This document shows, piece by piece, positions 1-11,543 of a stretch of DNA of 64,000 bases. The stretch's first letter is position 1. Every line of letters starts with the position of its first letter. The notes below the pieces were generated by a model that worked only from the letters and a program-made list of their open reading frames with translations, was not told the origin of the DNA and made no database searches. The stretch covers positions 36,573-100,572 of the forward strand of contig CAIOSJ010000008.1 in the NCBI GenBank assembly GCA_903860915.1. The letters are read 5' to 3'. The position numbers were made by a program, and so were the translations under genes. This DNA comes from an uncultured Actinomycetes bacterium (lineage in GTDB: Bacteria > Actinomycetota > Acidimicrobiia > Acidimicrobiales > RAAP-2).

Positions 1-2928
1 GTCGAGCACCGAGGAGAATTCGCCGTTCGCGGAGGCATTATTGACGTGTGGTCGGCTCACGCGGATGAGCCCCAACGTATTGACCTCTTCGGGGACGAAA
101 TTGAGCGACTGACGACCTTTGACATTTCGGATCAACGCTCGTTGCGTGAGGTAGAGACGGTGGAAATCTTCGCCGCCCGCGAATGGATTCTCGACGGCGC
201 GGAACGCGAGCGGGCGGAAGCCCTCTCGTCCTTTCACTCATGGGGCCGCGAGATCTTTCAGCGTCTCGCCGATGGAGTGGCCTTCGACGGCATGGAGGGT
301 TGGTTGCCCTGGTTGTCGACCGACGCCCACTGTCTTTTGGCCGACTACGAAAGCCCGCCCACTCTCATCGTCCTCGAAAAGAACAGCGTTGAGGGCCGTA
401 GTCGCGACGTGCGTGAAGAAGAGTCAGAATTAGCCCTCGCCGTCGGGGCCACCTGGGGGGTAGACCTCGCGGTACCCCTCTTGCACCTGGAACTCGACGA
501 GGTCATCACCGCCCCCTGGGACCTGATGATTAATTCCCTGCCGACCTCGTCCTCGTCGGTCGTCCTCGACGTCACCTCACCGCCGGTCGTTCAAGGTGAC
601 CCCACGCGCATCGCCACGCACGTTCGTGACTGGTCGCCGCAGCGTCGTGGGGTGATTGTCACGGGAACCAGCGCCGCCGCCGAACGAGTGGCGACCATGC
701 TGCGCCAGGAGGGCGTCGACGTCACCACGAATCCGGCCGCGGTGCTCGACGTTCGAATCAGTGTGGTGGCCGCCCCCCTGCCGCAAGGTTTTTCCTTCGA
801 TAATCCGGAGCTAGTGGTCTGGAGTGAGAGTGACCTCACCGGTCGACGCAGCGTGCACCGCGCCCCTCGAGCACGAACTCGTAATGTCGATGGTTTTTTC
901 AACGGACTCGCCATTGGTAGTTACGTCGTGCACCGCCAGCACGGGGTGGCTCGCTTCACGGGATCGACGACCAGAGACATCAACGGCACGACGCGCGACT
1001 ACCTAATTTTGGAATTCAAGGACGGTCGCAGTTACTGGCCGACGGAGCAAATCGAGGCCCTGACGCCCTATTCGGGTAGCGACGCTCCGACCTTGTCGAA
1101 GATGGGCTCCGAACAGTGGCAGAAGACCCGAGCCAAGGCGCGCGCCGCCGCCTACCTGGTGGCCCAAGAACTCGTCGAGCTCTACCGCCAGCGCATCACC
1201 GCTCCGGGTCACGCCTTTAGTCCCGACACCCCCTGGCAACACGAGATGGAGTCGCTCTTCGCCTTCACCGAGACCCCCGACCAGATGCGGGCCATCGAGG
1301 AAGTGAAGGCCGACATGGAGATGGATCGCCCCATGGACCGATTGGTCTGTGCGGACGTGGGCTTTGGTAAGACCGAAATTGCGGTGCGGGCTGTTTTCAA
1401 GGCCGTTCAGGACAACAAGCAGGCCGCCATTCTCGTGCCGACCACCCTGCTCGCTAGTCAGCACTTAGCGACCATGACCGATCGTTTCGCCGGATTCCCG
1501 GTGAAGGTGGCCCTCCTCAGTCGCTTCGTCGACGCCCACGAGGTCGCCCAGACCATCGCCGGACTGAAGGATGGGACGATTGACGTCGTCGTCGGAACGC
1601 ACCGCCTGCTCGACGAAAAAATTGTATTCAAAGATCTCGGTCTGCTCGTGGTCGACGAGGAGCAACGCTTTGGCGTGAACCACAAGGAAGCAATCAAGAA
1701 GCGCGCCGTGGGCGTGGATATTTTGACGCTCAGTGCCAGCCCCATTCCCCGCACCCTCGAAATGGCCTTCGCCGGTATTCGTGAACTTTCAATGGTCCAA
1801 ACCCCACCCAGCGAACGACGGCCCATTATGACCCACGTGGGTGAGTACGACGAAGCCGCCGTGGTCGAAGCCCTGCGCCGTGAGCTCCTGCGCGAGGGGC
1901 AAGCTTTTTTTGTGCACAATCGTGTCTCGGACATTGATGAAGTGGCCAAGCGCCTCGGCCGTCTAGTTCCCGACGCCCGCATTGCCGTGGCCCACGGTCA
2001 GATGGACGAGGGAACGCTGGAACGAATCGTGCTCGACTTTTGGGAGCGGCGCTACGACGTCTTGGTGTGTACCACGATCGTTGAATCCGGTATCGACATG
2101 CCCTCGGTGAATACGCTGATTGTCGACCGCGCCGACGCCCTGGGTCTCGGTCAACTCCACCAGCTGCGTGGTCGCGTGGGTCGCGGTGGCGCTCGAGCCT
2201 ACGCCTACTTGTTCTACCCTCAGGATCGTGTTTTGTCAGAAACGGCTTACGAGCGCCTGCGCACCATTGGCGACAATACGGCGCTCGGCAGTGGTTTTAA
2301 AATTGCCATGCGGGACCTCGAAATTCGGGGCGCGGGAAACCTACTCGGTCACCACCAGTCCGGACCGGTTTCGGCCGTCGGCTACGACCTCTACGTTCAG
2401 TTGGTCGCTGAGGCCGTGGCCGACGCCAAGGGCATAGTTCCGAGCGACGTCGCGACCGTCACCATTGATGTCCCGGGGGCCGCCCACTTGCCCGAGCACT
2501 ACGTCGCGGCCGACGACGATCGCCTCGAGGCCTACCGGCGACTCTCCACCGTTCGCACGATGGCTGATCTCGACGACGTCCGCGACGAATGGCTGGATCG
2601 CTACGGCCCGTTGCCAGCCCCGGCCCAAGGCCTGCTGGCCCTCAGTGAGGTTCGCGTCGAGTGCCTGCGCACCGGCGTGAGCGAGGCCGCCCTCCTACCG
2701 GCCAAGGTGGGCATACGATCACGAGCTCTGGTTCGTATGTCGCCGGTGGTACTCGGCCCCTCGGCCCAGATGCGCTGCCGCCGCCTCTACGGGTCGTCGG
2801 CCTACGACGAAGTTCTCCGGCAATTGAAGATAGAACTCCCTGGACCAACGGGCACCCCCGCCGACCTGGTGGCCATTCTTCGAGAATTCCTGCCGGCAGC
2901 AAGCGAAGCGGACGAACTCACTCGGTAG
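1..2928 (+). CDS. mfd: Transcription-repair coupling factor Mfd (5'-partial; frame open from base 1)
   Basis: Frame from base 1 reads VEHRGEFAVRGGIIDVW; CarD-like domain VVHRQHGVARF; helicase motifs ADVGFGKTEIA, VVDEEQRFG, SASPIPRTL, QLRGRVGR, DLEIRGAGNLLG; C-terminal TRCF domain. Confidence 0.97.
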   Translation, partial: VEHRGEFAVRGGIIDVWSAHADEPQRIDLFGDEIERLTTFDISDQRSLREVETVEIFAAREWILDGAERERAEALSSFHSWGREIFQRLADGVAFDGMEGWLPWLSTDAHCLLADYESPPTLIVLEKNSVEGRSRDVREEESELALAVGATWGVDLAVPLLHLELDEVITAPWDLMINSLPTSSSSVVLDVTSPPVVQGDPTRIATHVRDWSPQRRGVIVTGTSAAAERVATMLRQEGVDVTTNPAAVLDVRISVVAAPLPQGFSFDNPELVVWSESDLTGRRSVHRAPRARTRNVDGFFNGLAIGSYVVHRQHGVARFTGSTTRDINGTTRDYLILEFKDGRSYWPTEQIEALTPYSGSDAPTLSKMGSEQWQKTRAKARAAAYLVAQELVELYRQRITAPGHAFSPDTPWQHEMESLFAFTETPDQMRAIEEVKADMEMDRPMDRLVCADVGFGKTEIAVRAVFKAVQDNKQAAILVPTTLLASQHLATMTDRFAGFPVKVALLSRFVDAHEVAQTIAGLKDGTIDVVVGTHRLLDEKIVFKDLGLLVVDEEQRFGVNHKEAIKKRAVGVDILTLSASPIPRTLEMAFAGIRELSMVQTPPSERRPIMTHVGEYDEAAVVEALRRELLREGQAFFVHNRVSDIDEVAKRLGRLVPDARIAVAHGQMDEGTLERIVLDFWERRYDVLVCTTIVESGIDMPSVNTLIVDRADALGLGQLHQLRGRVGRGGARAYAYLFYPQDRVLSETAYERLRTIGDNTALGSGFKIAMRDLEIRGAGNLLGHHQSGPVSAVGYDLYVQLVAEAVADAKGIVPSDVATVTIDVPGAAHLPEHYVAADDDRLEAYRRLSTVRTMADLDDVRDEWLDRYGPLPAPAQGLLALSEVRVECLRTGVSEAALLPAKVGIRSRALVRMSPVVLGPSAQMRCRRLYGSSAYDEVLRQLKIELPGPTGTPADLVAILREFLPAASEADELTR

Positions 2929-2937
2929 AATCAGAAG

Positions 2938-3996
2938 GTGCGTCGAATTGTCCTTGTCCTGATCATTTCTCTCGTCGGTGCTGGGTGGGCCGGTCACTCG
3001 CTGGCCAACACCGCGCTTCGGGTGGACGGCACCACTGTCTCTGAAGGAACCCTCCGCGCCGAACTCAGTGCCATCGCCGGCTCCCCGAGCTACCAGTGCT
3101 ATTTTTCGCCCCTCTTCGGATCAGCCTTTCAGACGGCCGCGGGCAGCGCTCCGAGCGCGGCGGCGGCCGCCGCGTGGACGAATATGCGCGTCGAAGGTGT
3201 CGCTATTGAAAATTACGTGGTGAAGAACTATCACTTCCAACCCAGCGCCTCAGTGCTCGCCGCCAGCGAAGTTTCCCTCCTGAGCGAAATGAACTCCGCC
3301 GCTGCGACGGCCTCGCTGCACTGCCCAGCGAGTGAAATGGCCTTGAGATCACTCGGTGCGGCCGTCGTCCACGAGCAGGTCTACGCTCACGCCGCCTCGA
3401 TGGAACTACTGCGACACCTACCACCGGAATTATCCTCAACCCTGGCTGGCCAGCAGGCCTACTTCGCTCAGCACAGTCAGGACTACGACCGGGTGTGCGT
3501 CAGCATCGCCCTCATTCCCGCTGGTGCGCAGAGTCAGTTCGCGGCCCAAGCCGCCGCCGGGGTCAGTGTGGCAACTCTGGCTAAGTCCTTCTCGGCTGAT
3601 CCCTCGGCCACTTCGGGTGGCGCCTACGGCTGTTACGGACCCGCCGACAGCGCGTACCCGACCGTACGAGGCCTCGTCAGCGGTGTAGCTCTTGATAAGT
3701 TCAACACCACGCCGCGCGTCCAAACCTATAGCGGAGCGACCTACCTGCTCTACGTGGCTCCGACCTCGCGGACGACCTCAGCCTTCGCCAGCGTGGCGTC
3801 CTTGGTGCTCAGCGATATTCAAAAGTACAACGCCACATCGGCGGGGCTCATTCAGCAAGCGCTGATTTACCACTCCTCCATCGCGGTCGATTCGGGCTTG
3901 GGTATCTGGGGGGCATCTAATAACGCCATCGGCGTGTACCCCGTCGCTCAACCCAACACCAGCTTCGTCCCCGCACCGCTCGGGACCGGTAAGTAG
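2938..3996 (+). CDS. Exported PrsA/SurA-like foldase with degenerate parvulin domain
   Basis: N-terminal signal/TM segment; ALRVDGTTVS SurA-like start; parvulin-like LAKSFSADPSATSGGAYG; position between mfd and mazG is conserved in actinobacteria. Confidence 0.7.
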   Translation: MRRIVLVLIISLVGAGWAGHSLANTALRVDGTTVSEGTLRAELSAIAGSPSYQCYFSPLFGSAFQTAAGSAPSAAAAAAWTNMRVEGVAIENYVVKNYHFQPSASVLAASEVSLLSEMNSAAATASLHCPASEMALRSLGAAVVHEQVYAHAASMELLRHLPPELSSTLAGQQAYFAQHSQDYDRVCVSIALIPAGAQSQFAAQAAAGVSVATLAKSFSADPSATSGGAYGCYGPADSAYPTVRGLVSGVALDKFNTTPRVQTYSGATYLLYVAPTSRTTSAFASVASLVLSDIQKYNATSAGLIQQALIYHSSIAVDSGLGIWGASNNAIGVYPVAQPNTSFVPAPLGTGK

Positions 3997-5390
3997 TGGC
4001 CCTAGCGAGGGTCACCGTCGTCGGATTAGGTCCCGGCGACGAAGGGTTTTTGACGACCAGAACTCGTGATGTTCTCGCGGGGGCCACGGTCGCTCGCCTG
4101 CGGACGGCTCAGCACCCCGCCGCTGCGGCCTTCGCCCACGTCCCAAGCTACGACCAGCTGTATGAAGCGGCCGAGTCCTTTGAAGCCCTCTACCTAGCCA
4201 TCGTGGACGACCTCGTTGAGTTGGCCCAGCGCTCGCCCGAACACCACGTGGTCTACGCCGTTCCGGGCAGTCCCGTGGTGGCGGAACACACCGTCGAGCT
4301 CCTCCTGGCTCGTAGCGATGTCACCGTAACGCTCGAGCCGGCTCTCTCGGTGATTGAAGTGGCGGTGTCGGCCCTCGGGCGCGACCCCATGACCCAACAG
4401 CTCCGCATCGTGGACGCTCTGGGGGGTACGGAGCCCCTCCGCGGACCCGGACCGCTACTGGTGCTTCAGACCTATAACGTCGAAGTGCTCGCGACGGTGG
4501 CTGATCGCCTACCCCCCGAAACCCTGGTCGAAGTGCTCTATCACTTGGGTCTACCCGAACAGGAAATCACTAGCCTCCACGCCCGTGAATTGACCTCGTT
4601 TCACCGCGCCGACCACTTGACCTCGCTATGGGTGCCGGAGCTGCGCACCGCAGGTGTGGCCATGGACGACCTCATTGCCCTCATGGAGCGACTTCGCCGT
4701 GAGTGCCCCTGGGACGAGGAGCAGACCCACGCCTCGCTGAGCCGACACCTCCTGGAGGAGGCCTACGAGGTCATCGACGCGCTCGAGGCCTACGTCGAGC
4801 GCGACGATAGGGGGTCGGCCGTGGACCTCGAGGAAGAGCTCGGTGACGTTTTGTTCCAGATTGTCTTTCACGCCCAGTTGGGGAGTGAGGACGGACGATT
4901 TAGTTTCGCCAGCCTCGCCGACGGCGTGCGCGAGAAGATGATTGCCCGCCACCCCCACGTCTTTGGCGACGTGAACGTGGCGACCTCGGACGACGTGGCC
5001 GAACAGTGGGAAGTGCTCAAACGCAGTGAGAAGAGCCGCGAGAGCATCGTGGATGGAATTCCACGTCAACTACCGGCCCTGACCTACTACGCCAAACTTC
5101 GCCGTAAGGCCCAGGCCGTCGGCATTGACCCACTCGACCCCGGCCGGGCAATGGGAGTGGCGCTGCGTCAGCTGGCGGATCTGGTTGTTCCCCTCGTCCC
5201 GGTCACCGACGCTACCGTGAGCACAGAATCAGATGATGCGTGGGGTGACGTACTCGCGAGCATTAGTGACCTAGCCCGGGTGGCGGGGGTGGACCTCGAG
5301 TCGGCGCTGCGTCGACGGGCGCTCGTGTTGGCCAGTGATATTCGCTCGCGCGAATCAGAGAAACGTGGCGCTGCGGAGCCCGAGGAGTAA
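3996..5390 (+). CDS. mazG: YabN-type tetrapyrrole methylase-like / MazG nucleoside triphosphate pyrophosphohydrolase fusion
   Basis: N-terminal VVGLGPGD and YAVPGSP; MazG domain LRRECPWDEEQT...LLEEAYEV...EELGDVLFQIVFHAQ...IARHPHVF. Confidence 0.92.
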   Translation: MALARVTVVGLGPGDEGFLTTRTRDVLAGATVARLRTAQHPAAAAFAHVPSYDQLYEAAESFEALYLAIVDDLVELAQRSPEHHVVYAVPGSPVVAEHTVELLLARSDVTVTLEPALSVIEVAVSALGRDPMTQQLRIVDALGGTEPLRGPGPLLVLQTYNVEVLATVADRLPPETLVEVLYHLGLPEQEITSLHARELTSFHRADHLTSLWVPELRTAGVAMDDLIALMERLRRECPWDEEQTHASLSRHLLEEAYEVIDALEAYVERDDRGSAVDLEEELGDVLFQIVFHAQLGSEDGRFSFASLADGVREKMIARHPHVFGDVNVATSDDVAEQWEVLKRSEKSRESIVDGIPRQLPALTYYAKLRRKAQAVGIDPLDPGRAMGVALRQLADLVVPLVPVTDATVSTESDDAWGDVLASISDLARVAGVDLESALRRRALVLASDIRSRESEKRGAAEPEE

Positions 5391-5418
5391 CCTCGTAACA
5401 ACGCCTCGCCCCTACTAA

Positions 5419-7174
<1,756 letters not shown>

Positions 7175-7178
<4 letters not shown>

Positions 7179-7657
7179 CGGGTTTTCGCGACGCCTCCAC
7201 TGCAGATAGTGAGGCCGTGGCCCTCCTCGTTGGTCGGCCCATGTCGGGCCGTTTTGCCGTGGTGGTCCGCCGGGTGGGCGGTGAGCCCGTCGTGATTGAA
7301 AACGAACCGCACTTACGCGACGGTACCCCCATGCCCACGCTGCTGTGGCTGGTTGATCCGCAACTCACTAGTGCCGTGAGTCAGCTCGAGAGCTCCGGTG
7401 GAGTACACCGTTTCGAAGAGCTGGTCGATCCCGACGAACTCCAGAGCACTCACGACGACTACGCGAAGCGACGCGCGGCGGCGACGCAACGACACGATCT
7501 TGTGGCCCCCAGTGGCGGGGTCGGGGGGACGCGCACGGGGCTGAAGTGCTTGCACGCGCACCTGGCTAACTATCTCGCGGGTTATAGGGACCCGGTGGGT
7601 GAGCTGGTGGCGTCGACGGTGGAAATCCCCGAGTTGCGCCGTGAGCTGATTCGGTGA
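7175..7657 (+). CDS. DUF501 family protein (Rv1025-like)
   Basis: PMPTLLWL, VSQLESSG and GVGG...KCLHAHLA motifs; eno-ftsB-DUF501-ppx synteny; TTG start overlaps the upstream stop (TTGA). Confidence 0.88.
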
Positions 7658-8583
7658 GTTTCGCGGCCCTCGACTGCGGTTCCAACTCGACGCGCCTCTT
7701 GATCATTGACGACCAGGGTTGCAGTCTGGCCCGCGAAATGAGAATCACTCGTCTCGGTGAGGGTGTTGACGCCACCGGCCGACTTGGCGACCAAGCCGTG
7801 GAGCGTTGCTACGCCACTTTACGCGAGTACCGCACCCTGATGGACCAACATGGGGTCACCCGTTCGGCTTTGGTGGCAACCTCGGCCGCCCGCGACGCCA
7901 CCAACGGAGAGAAATTTCTCTCCGCGGCTGCCGCCATCACCGGAGCCGATGTCGCTCTTCTGAGTGGGAACGAGGAGGCCCGGCTCTCTTTTCTTGGCGC
8001 CACCGCCGACCTTCCTTCATCGTCACTGCCGACGATGATTCTGGATATTGGGGGTGGGTCGAGCGAACTAGCCGTGGAGGTGGCGGGTGGTCTCGCAACG
8101 CACTCCATGCAGCTGGGCTGTGTGCGGGTGGCCGAACGAGTGCTTGGTCACGGCGTGGTGAATAACGAATCACGAGCGGCGACGCTGGCCCTGATCGAAA
8201 GTGAACTCGACCACCTCTTTGACAGTGAACCTCGCTTTACTTCCGTCCTTGGTGCCGTGCGTCTGGTGGGTCTGGCCGGAACGGTGGCCACGCTGGCGCA
8301 GTTGGACGCCGGAACCAGCCTCTACGACCGAGCGCTCGTTCACCACCGCCTACTCAGTCGAGCACTGGTGAACCAATGGCGCGATCGTTTGGCCTCAGAA
8401 ACCCCAGCCCAGCGTCTCACTCACCCGGGCATGGTGGTGGGTCGTGAGGATGTTTTAGCGGCGGGTCTGTTCATCTTGAGTGCGGTGATGGAACGATTCG
8501 AGGTCTCCGAACTCATAAGTTCGGAGAACGACATCCTCGACGGTGTCGCGGCGACATTGCGTGACAATCAACAAATCATCTAG
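7654..8583 (+). CDS. ppx: Ppx/GppA family exopolyphosphatase
   Basis: AALDCGSNSTRLLI, ATSAARDATN, SGNEEARLSFLGA, DIGGGSSE, SENDILDG. Confidence 0.93.
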   Translation: MSFAALDCGSNSTRLLIIDDQGCSLAREMRITRLGEGVDATGRLGDQAVERCYATLREYRTLMDQHGVTRSALVATSAARDATNGEKFLSAAAAITGADVALLSGNEEARLSFLGATADLPSSSLPTMILDIGGGSSELAVEVAGGLATHSMQLGCVRVAERVLGHGVVNNESRAATLALIESELDHLFDSEPRFTSVLGAVRLVGLAGTVATLAQLDAGTSLYDRALVHHRLLSRALVNQWRDRLASETPAQRLTHPGMVVGREDVLAAGLFILSAVMERFEVSELISSENDILDGVAATLRDNQQII

Positions 8584-8611
8584 CGTCGTGCAACGTGAAG
8601 CGAATGATGAA

Positions 8612-9238
8612 ATGGCGAGTCGGGTGAGTCCCAGCGCCGCACTCGTTTTGCACGGTCGTCGCATCCTTTTACGCACTCTCTCCGACGCCGACTACGACCA
8701 GTGGTTCGAAGTGAGAAATCGTTGCCACGACTGGCTCCTGCGCTGGGAGCCACGGCCGGCTAATGCCACGCACCTGGCTGAAGATCGACGGAGTTTCGCT
8801 AGTCGTTGCGCTATTCGAGATCGGGAACGACAGCTCGGCTCGGCCTACGGCTTCGGAATTTTCACCACTAATCGTCTGGTGGGAGAGCTCACCTTGTCGT
8901 CCATCCAGCGCGGACCCCTCCAGTCAGCTTTTATTGGCTACTGGGTCGATGAAAAGTTCGCTGGACAGGGCCTCGTTCCCGAGGCCGTGGTGACCGCCTT
9001 GCAGTTCGCCTTCGATTCGCTCCGACTTCACCGTATCGAAATCAACATCATCCCGCGTAACGATCCGTCGCTACGCGTGGTGACGAAACTCGGGTTGCGG
9101 GCCGAAGGGGTGGCTGAGCGCTACCTCGAAATTGACGGGGCGTGGGAGGACCACGCGCGTTTTGCTATTACCGCCGAGGAGTGGGCCGAGCGCTCACCCG
9201 AGTTAGTCGCGAGCTGGCTGCTACCGCGGGCTAACTAA
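8612..9238 (+). CDS. RimJ/RimL family GNAT N-acetyltransferase
   Basis: LLRWEP, GELTLSSIQRGPLQSAFIGYWVD, LHRIEINIIPRNDPSLRVVTKLG, IDGAWEDH; ATG 8612 chosen to avoid overlap with ppx. Confidence 0.9.
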   Translation: MASRVSPSAALVLHGRRILLRTLSDADYDQWFEVRNRCHDWLLRWEPRPANATHLAEDRRSFASRCAIRDRERQLGSAYGFGIFTTNRLVGELTLSSIQRGPLQSAFIGYWVDEKFAGQGLVPEAVVTALQFAFDSLRLHRIEINIIPRNDPSLRVVTKLGLRAEGVAERYLEIDGAWEDHARFAITAEEWAERSPELVASWLLPRAN

Positions 9239-10161
9239 ACGGCCACGAGGGTGCGTCCACGCAGTTCAGATGGTCGCGCCACGCCCATCTGACCGTGGAG
9301 GGCCGAGGCAATCTCGAGCGCCCCGAGCGCGCTGTCTCGCGGGACGAGTATCCATGAATTATTGGGGGAAGAGGCGATCACCAGTCCTTGAATGCGCGCG
9401 GCGCGCGCGGCCGCACCCACGGCCTCGGCGGTGACCAGACCCTCAACGCGTATCACCGGACACTCGCGTGGCGTGCGAGCGACCCCGGCGATGTCACGCA
9501 TCATGCGCAGTGAGTCGCGTCCGACGCGAACCGTTGAGCCGGCCACGTCGTCCCAGGTAACCCCAACGGGCTCGACCACGAGGCCAATTTCGTGGGCGAC
9601 GTAGAGCATTTCGGCGTCAAAAGCGAAGCCGTCGATGAGACCGTAGAGCGCGAGAACTCTGGCCGCCGGTAAACGAAAAGCCTTGCATCCGCACTGCGTG
9701 TCGCGCAGGGTGGTGGGAATGCGCGCGCGGACGTAGGCGTTAAAGGCCCATCCCGCTACGGACCGTAGAACCGAGTTGTAGTGGATGCTTCCGGTGAGTG
9801 AGCGCGATCCCGCAGCCAGGTCACAGTGTTCGAGAGCGGTGTTGAGCGCGGGCAACTGACGAGGGTGAATGGCCATGTCGGCGTCGCAGGTAAAAACGTG
9901 GTCGCCACTGGCGGCGGCGATACCGAGGCGAATGGCCGCTCCCTTGCCGTGATTGGACTCGCGGCGAATCACCATGGAGTGGGGGAGATCGCGCAGAATC
10001 TGAGCCGCTACGACGCCGGTGCCGTCAGAAGATCCGTCGTCGATGAGAATGACTTCGCAGTCATCGCGACCTAATAAGTCAAGCCCAACCTTGAGTCGTT
10101 CGCTGCTATCGCCGAGGCGTTCGGCTTCGTTGTGCGCCGGAATAATGATGGAGTATTTCAC
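9235..10161 (-). CDS. GT2 polyprenol/dolichyl-phosphate sugar synthase-like glycosyltransferase
   Basis: SIIIPAHNE, DDGSSDGT, NHGKGAAIRLG, DADM, DTQCGCKAFR, GFAFDAEML (ALG5/DPM1/Ppm1-type motifs), plus a short extra C-terminal segment. Confidence 0.85.
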   Translation of the reverse strand: MKYSIIIPAHNEAERLGDSSERLKVGLDLLGRDDCEVILIDDGSSDGTGVVAAQILRDLPHSMVIRRESNHGKGAAIRLGIAAASGDHVFTCDADMAIHPRQLPALNTALEHCDLAAGSRSLTGSIHYNSVLRSVAGWAFNAYVRARIPTTLRDTQCGCKAFRLPAARVLALYGLIDGFAFDAEMLYVAHEIGLVVEPVGVTWDDVAGSTVRVGRDSLRMMRDIAGVARTPRECPVIRVEGLVTAEAVGAAARAARIQGLVIASSPNNSWILVPRDSALGALEIASALHGQMGVARPSELRGRTLVAV

Positions 10162-10170
10162 GCAGTGGCC

Positions 10171-11343
10171 CTAGGGTCGCGCCGCGCCGTAGAGGCCAAA
10201 GGTGAAAATTGGGGTGACGCTAATGCTAGTTCCGGTGTGTGCGGCGGAGATGATCCAGTTCACCCCCGCACTCTGCCCGGCGTACATGACGACGTGGTCA
10301 ATCTGGTGGTCTCCGTCCAGGTTGTAATAAAACAAGAGATCTCCCGGCTGGAGGGCGGTGAGAGAGACCTTGCGCATGGCGTGATACTGGTCGGCGGCAG
10401 TTCGAGGGATGCGGTAGCCAGCGTAACTCCAGGCCCACTGCGTGAGTCCCGAGCAGTCAAAACCTCGCCCCACGGTCTCGCCGCCCCACACGTAGGGGAC
10501 GCCGATTTGGCTCTTCGCGGCGTTGAGAGCGGCCAGGCCAGATGCCGAGGTGGCGGGTGCCTGGTTGATGGCCCCCGGTCCCGTGATTTGCGATACGGCG
10601 AGCAGGATGCGGTTCGCTGCTGTAGTCCCACAGACGGCGTTGACGACCTGCACCGCCCCATTGACGCAGGCCACTTTGTGTTGTTTGGCACAACTAATGG
10701 CCACCGACATTTCGTAGGAGTAGACCTGGCTTTGATACTGGCGCTTGAGGCTGGTGAGGAGTCGATTGGTCTGAACTTCGTTGGCGGCGTTCTGCGCGAG
10801 AACACTGCGAATGTTCGATGCCGTTCGCGCGGCGTCGGCGCGCTGAACTGCCTCGAGGGCAAGGGTGCTCTGCAGGGACCGCTCCTGGGCCTGGTAGGAC
10901 TGTTGGAGGCCGAGCAGATTGCCGAGCACTTGGTTTTCGTACAGCGTCCGCGCGTCGGATCTCGAGACATCCTGCTTCAGCACGGCCAGAATCTGACCGT
11001 CGGCTGCGCCGTAGACGTAGGAGAACACGACCGCCCGAGAGAGGGATGAAGTTGTGGCGTTGATCTGAGTTTGGGTCGTGGCGGCTCGACCGCGGAGACC
11101 AGCCAGGACTCCGTCAATGCCGGCCAGGGCACTCGTTGCCTTGTTGTACTGCTCGGCTAAAACTTCGCTCTGGCGCTGTTCTGCGGCCAACTGGCTGGTA
11201 AGGCTTGCGATGGAGGCTCGAATATCCCCGGTGCTGGTCGCGCGGGCCCCACTCAGGGGAAGGAGGGAACTCAGCAGTGTCACGAGGCCGAGGGTGCCGG
11301 CGAGACTTCGCCGCCGGATGCTCGCGTGATACATCCCTACCAT
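10171..11343 (-). CDS. Secreted NlpC/P60 peptidoglycan endopeptidase with N-terminal coiled coil
   Basis: Signal peptide; long coiled coil; QIGVPYVWGG, GFDCSGLTQWAW, LQPGDLLFY, DHVVMYAG (Cys/His catalytic residues). Confidence 0.92.
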   Translation of the reverse strand: MVGMYHASIRRRSLAGTLGLVTLLSSLLPLSGARATSTGDIRASIASLTSQLAAEQRQSEVLAEQYNKATSALAGIDGVLAGLRGRAATTQTQINATTSSLSRAVVFSYVYGAADGQILAVLKQDVSRSDARTLYENQVLGNLLGLQQSYQAQERSLQSTLALEAVQRADAARTASNIRSVLAQNAANEVQTNRLLTSLKRQYQSQVYSYEMSVAISCAKQHKVACVNGAVQVVNAVCGTTAANRILLAVSQITGPGAINQAPATSASGLAALNAAKSQIGVPYVWGGETVGRGFDCSGLTQWAWSYAGYRIPRTAADQYHAMRKVSLTALQPGDLLFYYNLDGDHQIDHVVMYAGQSAGVNWIISAAHTGTSISVTPIFTFGLYGAARP

Positions 11344-11429
11344 GAGACCAGCCTACCGAGGACTAGGCGCACGGTGGCTCCGAATTCACTTATATTCTCG
11401 AACAGAGTACGGTACTAATGCTCACGCGT

Positions 11430-11503
11430 GGGGGCGTAGCCCAATTGGCAGAGGCAGGGCGCTTAAACCGCCTCCAGTGAGGGTTCGAGTCCCTTCGCCC
11501 CTA
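11430..11503 (+). tRNA. tRNA-Leu(UAA), 74 nt, short variable loop, CCA not encoded
   Basis: Cloverleaf folded by hand: acceptor GGGGGCG/CGCCCCT, D arm GCC...GGC, anticodon stem GGGCG/CGCCT with loop CT-TAA-AC, T arm GAGGG-TTCGAGT-CCCTT, A73, A15-U48. Confidence 0.93.
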
Positions 11504-11531
11504 CGTGTGAGAATCACTCGCCAATTTTTAG

Positions 11532-11537
11532 TAGCGT
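11532..11537 (+). promoter_or_regulatory. Putative -10 box (TAGCGT) of a leaderless transcript
   Basis: TANNNT 6 nt before GTG 11544; no SD sequence. Confidence 0.5.
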
Positions 11538-11543
11538 AGCGAC

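Noticed and set aside
10132-11049. 305-aa ORF antisense to NlpC/P60 (also 15480-16382, 35641-36489, 41720-42856 and similar)
   Set aside because: Shadow ORFs of high-GC codon bias: they lie opposite genes with clear motifs and have no recognisable domain or RBS
11504-11543. Integrative element at the tRNA-Leu 3' end
   Set aside because: No integrase in the window, no second copy of the tRNA 3' end seen, and the next gene starts 40 nt later
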